Shown: positions 57,645 to 64,000 of the stretch, one piece after another
Numbering within the stretch: the first letter of the stretch is position 1
How the letters are laid out: each line of letters opens with the position of its first letter
Source of the DNA: Octopus vulgaris
Lineage: Eukaryota
Direction of reading: 5' to 3'
DNA length: 64,000 nucleotides
Assembly (NCBI GenBank): GCA_951406725.2
Contig: OX597826.1
Coordinates: 49,972,001 to 50,036,000 of the forward strand
Program-made: the position numbers and the translations under genes
Notes under the pieces: generated by a model
What the model saw: only the letters and a program-made list of their open reading frames with translations
What the model was told of the DNA's origin: nothing
The model's database searches: none

Positions 57645-58269
57645 GGAAGGGATTGTGGGAGAGAGTGACGACAAAGAAAAGGGAGATCTTTAAAGAAAAT
57701 TCCCTTTAAACGATACAACCAATTACCTCAGAGCCAAATCACAAAGGTGAGGTACATAAAATGTATTATCAACACCAGATGCGTAGCACTAAATATAAAA
57801 CAGATGAGTTCATCTCGCCAGCTAGATGATAAATCACAATACATCAAGCAACATTAAAGCTGTCTTATTATACATAATAAAACCAACAAAACGAAAATAC
57901 CGTCATCAATAAGAAATATAATAAACTAGAAATGAATTACAAACGATCAATGTAATATATCTGTTTCATTGTTAGCATGAATGTTGCAAACCTCATGAAA
58001 ACAGATGTTATGTAAAACACACTTGTAACACACTTAAATACTGACTAAAAATCCCCCACACCTTTTTTTTTATAGCAATACTGCATATAACAGTGAAAAG
58101 ATATTGAACAAATCATAATACATCTAACGAGAAATATATTCTTGGTGAAAAAGCACAGCCAATGGAACGGGCTTGGACATATCGGCGGAGGAAGAAAGCC
58201 CTGTGGAATTCACAAATGATAATTATTATTGTTGCTGTTGTTGTTGTTGTTGTTGTTGCTTTTATTAAT

Positions 58270-59350
58270 TTTCTTTCTTTGTATTTTGTTTCCACTCCTT
58301 GTAGAGTGTCTTCCCGACACCTAGAGCAAAGAAACTCACTGTATACATTGGTAGGTCATTAAAAGAAACACATAAGATTGTTCATTTACAGCCATGTGAT
58401 AGAAAAAAAAAACGGGAAAAGAAAAAGGGAAAAAAGAAAAAAAGGAAAAAGGAAAAGAAGATTGAAGAAAATTAAAAAAAGAAAAAAGAATAAGAAAAAA
58501 ATGTCTTCTCAATAGGTGTGGCGTACCAGTTAAAACAATCTTTTGCACTTCTTGCATAGATGGCAAACCAGGAATCATTTGAAAATGATTTTCATTTCCT
58601 TTTTTGATCATTCCAAGTGTTTCTACAATCAATATTGTAACCGCCTTGAGATGCCACATTTTTTCCGATTTGAATCAGCAAATCTTTTTATTTTCTGACC
58701 TTATCAAATTCGTTGCCGAGCTATTATGATCACAAAGGCGACTCATGTCGATCAATAAAAAGACTTTATTGTTTTGGTCTTTTACAACAATATTCCGCTT
58801 ATTGGCTCGATAGGTCTGTCTATCTGTCTGTCCCAAAGAATAGTTACATTTTCTCCCTCAGTTACGGCCTCACAGTGGTGCTTATACCATTTGTCAACAG
58901 TTTTGATTTTATAACGCCGACGTATTAACGAGTAGATATTGGCCAATTCTGTCATATCTTGAGTTATACTACACTGGTGCTAAAACGTTACATCCAGAGA
59001 TTAAGTGGTCCACTGTTTCAATCTCATCTTTGCAGGATCGGTATTTTGAGGGTCTACTCCATTTTTCATTACATTGGCTTGGTAGTTCCGGATCAATAAG
59101 CTTTGATCTTGAGCAACTATGAAGCCTTCATTCTCTGCCTTTAGCCCTGAGCTCCGTAGCTACTGATGGGTGTGCTTCTGGTCTATATCAGCTTGTTTGC
59201 TACAGGCCACATATTTGCCATGCGGAGGTTTCTACTCCCATCTGTTCATACGCTTTTTCTTTGCCATTGATTTCATCTTTTTGCAACAACAATTGTGCTG
59301 TTCGACCTGAGGATCATGCATGAACACAATAGCAAATTTTTTACTTTCCT
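58270..59350 (-). mobile_element. Degenerate RLE-type LINE 3' part
   Basis: GLKAENEGFIVAQDQSL..RNYQANV, ETVDHLISGC, MQEVQKIVLTGTPHLLRR. Confidence 0.85.
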
Positions 59351-59379
59351 TCAATTATTATTGTTGTTGTTGTTATTTA

Positions 59380-60000
59380 CTTCTAATCTGCATGTTTGTT
59401 ACAATCACTTGCTGAGACACACCCAGTGTCCTAGGGCGAGTGAAGGATAAGAGATGTTACAGTATGACTGAAAGTTTGAGGAGGGGAAGTGACAAGGGCA
59501 GTAGTGAAATATCTTCATGTAATACAACACAAATTCAAATTGATAGGGTTTTTCTAAGGATGTAAGCAGTACTTGTCAGCACAATCTTTTGGCTTTCTCT
59601 GAGACATGGTGCTCCTGGGATATTATCTAGATGTTTCTGGCATTCTTTTCTTATCATCCCTAGGGCACTCACAACAGCAGGAATAGTTCTCGCTTTAAGA
59701 TGCCACATCTTTTGTATTTCAATTTCCAGGTCCTTATATTTACTTAATTTGTCAAATTCCTTTACAGATATATTTTTAGTCTACAAATATTTTCTTCTCT
59801 GTCTCTAATGATTATGTCTGGTCGATTAACCTGGGTGGTTCTGTCGGTGTTGACTGGAAAATGTCAGAGGATAGTGAGATTTTTACCTTCAACGACTGGC
59901 TCGGGACGATGTTCATACAAATAAGCAGGAGTGCTGATTTGGTAGTGTTTACATATTTTCCAATGTAAATACTGTCGTACCATGTCGTGGCGATTTTTGT
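59380..60000 (-). mobile_element. Second degenerate RLE-type LINE 3' part
   Basis: RHDMVRQYLHWKIC, VNRPDIIIRD, KLSKYKDLEIEIQKMW, QKIVLTSTAYILRKTL. Confidence 0.85.
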
Positions 60001-60005
60001 TTTAC

Positions 60006-60080
<75 letters not shown>

Positions 60081-60083
<3 letters not shown>

Positions 60084-60589
60084 AGTGAGAGAGCAGTGCA
60101 TGCCATCAAAGTGACACTGGGGTAAAATATACGAAGCCCAGTATACCCATCATGACTACCCATCTGATAAGGGTACACCAGGCACATGCATCACATGACC
60201 TTGCAGGTGAGGCCCAGTTAGAATTTTCTTCTGGTCGAGTAGCCCATCCTGCTCAAAAGGTCCCTAATAAGGATTGTTTAAGGATGTTGAATGAACCACC
60301 CATGTTTCCAAAGGTGAATTATCGAAACCTCTAAGAATTCCTTTCAACACACGGCTATGATGCTCCTCCACTACTTCTGCTCGTGATCAGAGATACACAT
60401 ATCGTCAGCCACTAAGGGACATGCTCAACTGGTTAAGGTCAAACAACTGACAAGCAAACCTGTGGTATTGAGCAGAATATTTGCTGTAGCCCATCTTTTA
60501 TACCAAGACAAAACAATGTACATGATAACACTTCCAATCAGTTAAGATCAGAAGCCATGAGAGCCACTGTCTGATGCTGCATCAGGGCA
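60081..60589 (-). mobile_element. Second copy of the (TAA)n-inserted element at 497-1052
   Basis: Same termini; ~48-bp internal deletion between two CACA words. Confidence 0.85.
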
Positions 60590-60644
<55 letters not shown>

Positions 60645-60687
60645 AATAATAATAATAATAACAATAATGATAATGATGATGATGATG

Positions 60688-60749
<62 letters not shown>

Positions 60750-60962
60750 CCTTTCTCCTATAAACACAAGACCAGAAATTCTGGGGGAGGGGACCAGTTG
60801 ATTAGATCGACACCAGTACACAACTGGTACTTAATTTATCGACCCCGAAAGGATAAAAGGCAAAGTCGACCTCAGCGGAACTTAAACTCAGAACGTTCAC
60901 ATGGACGAAATACCGCTAAGAATTTCATCCGGTACGCTAACGATTCTGCCAACTCACCACCT
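60750..60962 (-). mobile_element. SINE A, alternative tail
   Basis: GACCCCGAAAGGATAAAAGGCAAAGTCGACC...GATTCTGCCAACTCACC. Confidence 0.85.
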
Positions 60963-61058
60963 CATAAGAGTAATGTCAGACCATCTTTCAGAGGCTATGA
61001 CGATTCTGCTGACTTGCTACTTACACTAGGTGGAGGAATAATGTACACATAGTCTGAT

Positions 61059-61469
61059 CAGTACCGGATTAACGATTGAGCAAAATAAGCACGTGATTGG
61101 GGAGGGGGAGGCACAACAGCAATGGTAAATGGTTTACGGCACAAAAGAAATCACTTTACACTTGCTAAAATAATATTCAGGAAGTCGCATCTCCACTAAG
61201 TATAGAAGCAGATGTATTACGTAAGATTAATTTTAAGGATTTAATCAAAGACTTTGCAAATAGAAAAAAAGGAGAAAACTTTTTGAATATAAAGTGGAAG
61301 TATGCAAAAATAAACATTCTTTTCCATCTTAATGGCAGTTTTGTTTCATTTTGTAAAATAAAAATTAATTCTATGGCTTACTATTGTTTATATTTTGAAT
61401 TACATATATATGGAGGGCACCAAAATCTTTCAGATACTTAAGGCCATCAAGGGTCTTAATACGGTCTTG
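61059..61469 (+). mobile_element. Internally deleted hAT (Tip100-like) element
   Basis: TIRs CAGTACCGGATTAA / TTAATACGGTCTTG; peptide SIEADVLRKINFKDLIKDFANRK resembling the hAT C-terminus; 8-bp flanks AGTCTGAT / AATGTGAT. Confidence 0.7.
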
Positions 61470-61737
61470 AATGTGATGTATGCATGCTGAGATAAATGCA
61501 CGGTATGATGCATGTATCGTTACCATAATTTCGCCTTACTGACTGACAACAGTGGTTTCTTCATATCCGATGCATCTGGTGAGTGGCATATACATGGTGA
61601 TTATAACGGTCTTAATTACGTTCCGAAGATAATAGCGGAAGAATATGTGTATAAGATATAAGCTGAATGTATGTGTGTGTGTATGCATGTACGTACGTAC
61701 ACACAGACAGATACAAACACACACACATATAAATATG

Positions 61738-61805
<68 letters not shown>

Positions 61806-62041
61806 GTATAATCCAAAATGGAGACGAACACCATTCCTCCATGTGATCAGCTTGAAAAGTTAAGATAGGAAATTTTCTTAACATGAAACCAACGGTGGCC
61901 TTAGTACACAAATAAAGAAATTTTATCCATCAATGCGGTGTTGAGCACTCATTCTTATTGTTCGACATTTACGTGTATAAATCTACTACATAGAAAGTGT
62001 ATATATTAGATATATATATATATATCACATGCATAAGTGTT

Positions 62042-62110
<69 letters not shown>

Positions 62111-63104
62111 ATTTGTGTCTATCTTTGTCCCCCACCACTCTTGACAACTGGTACTGGTGTGTTAAGGTCCTGCGACTTAGTTGTTCAGTAAAAGCGACTG
62201 ATAGAATAACCAGGCTTTAAGAGAATGATACCTAGATTCTACAAGACGATACCCCAGCTTGGCTGCTGCCAAAAGGCTGTTACAGGTAAAAGATAAATGT
62301 ATATATATATATATATATATATATATGAGTGTGTGTGTGTATGTGTGTATATATGTGTACACATGTACACATAAATATAATTACATGTAGATATATATCT
62401 TTCAATATGCATGTATACACTGCATACACACAGAAACATGTGCATGCATACATACATACATGCATACATACATAGAACTGTATACACAATGACACTCGTG
62501 ATTTTTAAGAATTATATTTTAAAGCTTTAGAAAATCCATACAAATGTTTGATCCACTTGTGATATTTTTAATTTCATTACTCTCAAGCGTCATAAATAAT
62601 GTGATTAATAGTGTGTGTGTGTGTGAGTGTGAGTCTTTGTATGTGTGTGTGTGTATGCATGTGTGTGTGTGTGTGTGTTTCTAAATTTTGGGATTGAATT
62701 TTTAAAAAGTTTTGCGCCAGGAATTCTATATTTCATCTCCTGTGAACAACAAAATCAGATTTGTCAGTCTCTCTATCAAATCTATCTACCTATCCATCTA
62801 TCTATCTATATCTATCTATCTATATCTATGTATCTATCTATCTGTCTATTTGTCTAACTGTCTGTTTATCTATCTATTTATATCTAAATATATGTGTGTA
62901 TGTGTGCGTCTGTATGTGTGTCTGTTGGTCTGTTAGACTCAGTTTATCTATATATTTACCTACCCAACACTCTCTTTCTCTGTATATATATATATGCTTA
63001 TATACCTATATATTAACATATAAATATATATACATACATATATATACAGGTGTATAAATATATAAATATATATACATATATAAATATATATATATGTATG
63101 TATG

Positions 63105-63197
<93 letters not shown>

Positions 63198-63238
63198 CAT
63201 GGACAGTGCCTCGGTCCCTGAATTCTTTCCCTTTCTCC

Positions 63239-63271
<33 letters not shown>

Positions 63272-63902
63272 ATATATATATATATACATACATGTATGTA
63301 TATACATGTATATATGTATATATATTGGTATAGCGCAAACACATTGTTACATTAACCTCAACGAACTGACAGGGATTTGATGCTTGTCAGCAGTAATTAG
63401 TCCAAAGCTAGAAAATAATTAAAAATGTATATCAAAAACAGATAGCAAAACAAACACACACACACACACACACACACACATGCATATATGTATATGTGTG
63501 TATAAACGCGTATGCATTTTCACATATAGTGATACGCATATATTCAAATGAGAAGAATATTAAAATGTGAGTAAATAAAGGCTGGACCTGTACGCAGATG
63601 TTGTTATTGTTGTGTGGAGATAAACAGAGCAATGTGTATTATGAAAAGAAATTAGTCAAGATGACAGATTTGCTGGAAGACAAGCCGACTCATTTTCCTT
63701 AATGAATCAGTTTGGTTCGACAATAGTTAGCCAGAATCTGCATCGCAATTAGAGCTGACTTTGTTTGGTTTTGAAGCGAAACAAAAATAAATAGATGGAC
63801 ACACACGCACACACACGCACACACCCACGCATGCACACAAACACACACACACACAGACAGACACACACACACACATGTACACACACACACTCACACACAC
63901 AT

Positions 63903-63944
<42 letters not shown>

Positions 63945-64000
63945 GAGTGAGGAGATTTACGTCATGAGCAGACGGATATATACATATACATATATATGTA

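Overview
Eukaryotic, AT-rich, microsatellite-saturated non-coding DNA, almost certainly from an Octopus genome judging by the SINE families and the density of (TA)n, (CA)n, (GATA)n and (AAT)n tracts. I find no convincing host protein-coding gene; nearly all ORF-track entries are microsatellite translations. The real protein-like sequence is transposon-derived: RLE-type Dong/R4-like LINE 3' fragments in (TAA)n, a Tx1-like LINE in (GATA)n, CR1-group and RTE 3' ends, a decayed Penelope-like element (RT thumb plus GIY-YIG), two mariner remnants and hAT remnants. Four signals stand out. (1) At least six short repeat families carry minimal hammerhead-ribozyme (HHR) motifs and often internal inverted duplications, including a two-copy chimera of a tRNA-like Pol III head, an (AAT)n linker and a hammerhead, a candidate Penelope-mobilised SINE/retrozyme. 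(2) Two SINE-LINE partnerships are visible within the window: the SINE A tail matches the Tx1 3' end, and the SINE B tail matches the CR1-group 3' end with a covarying hairpin. (3) SINE A multimers repeatedly join at the same internal site. (4) One site took four serial insertions, each separated by the same 14-17 bp motif. Coordinates were read by eye and may be off by a few bases; family labels A-E are my own.
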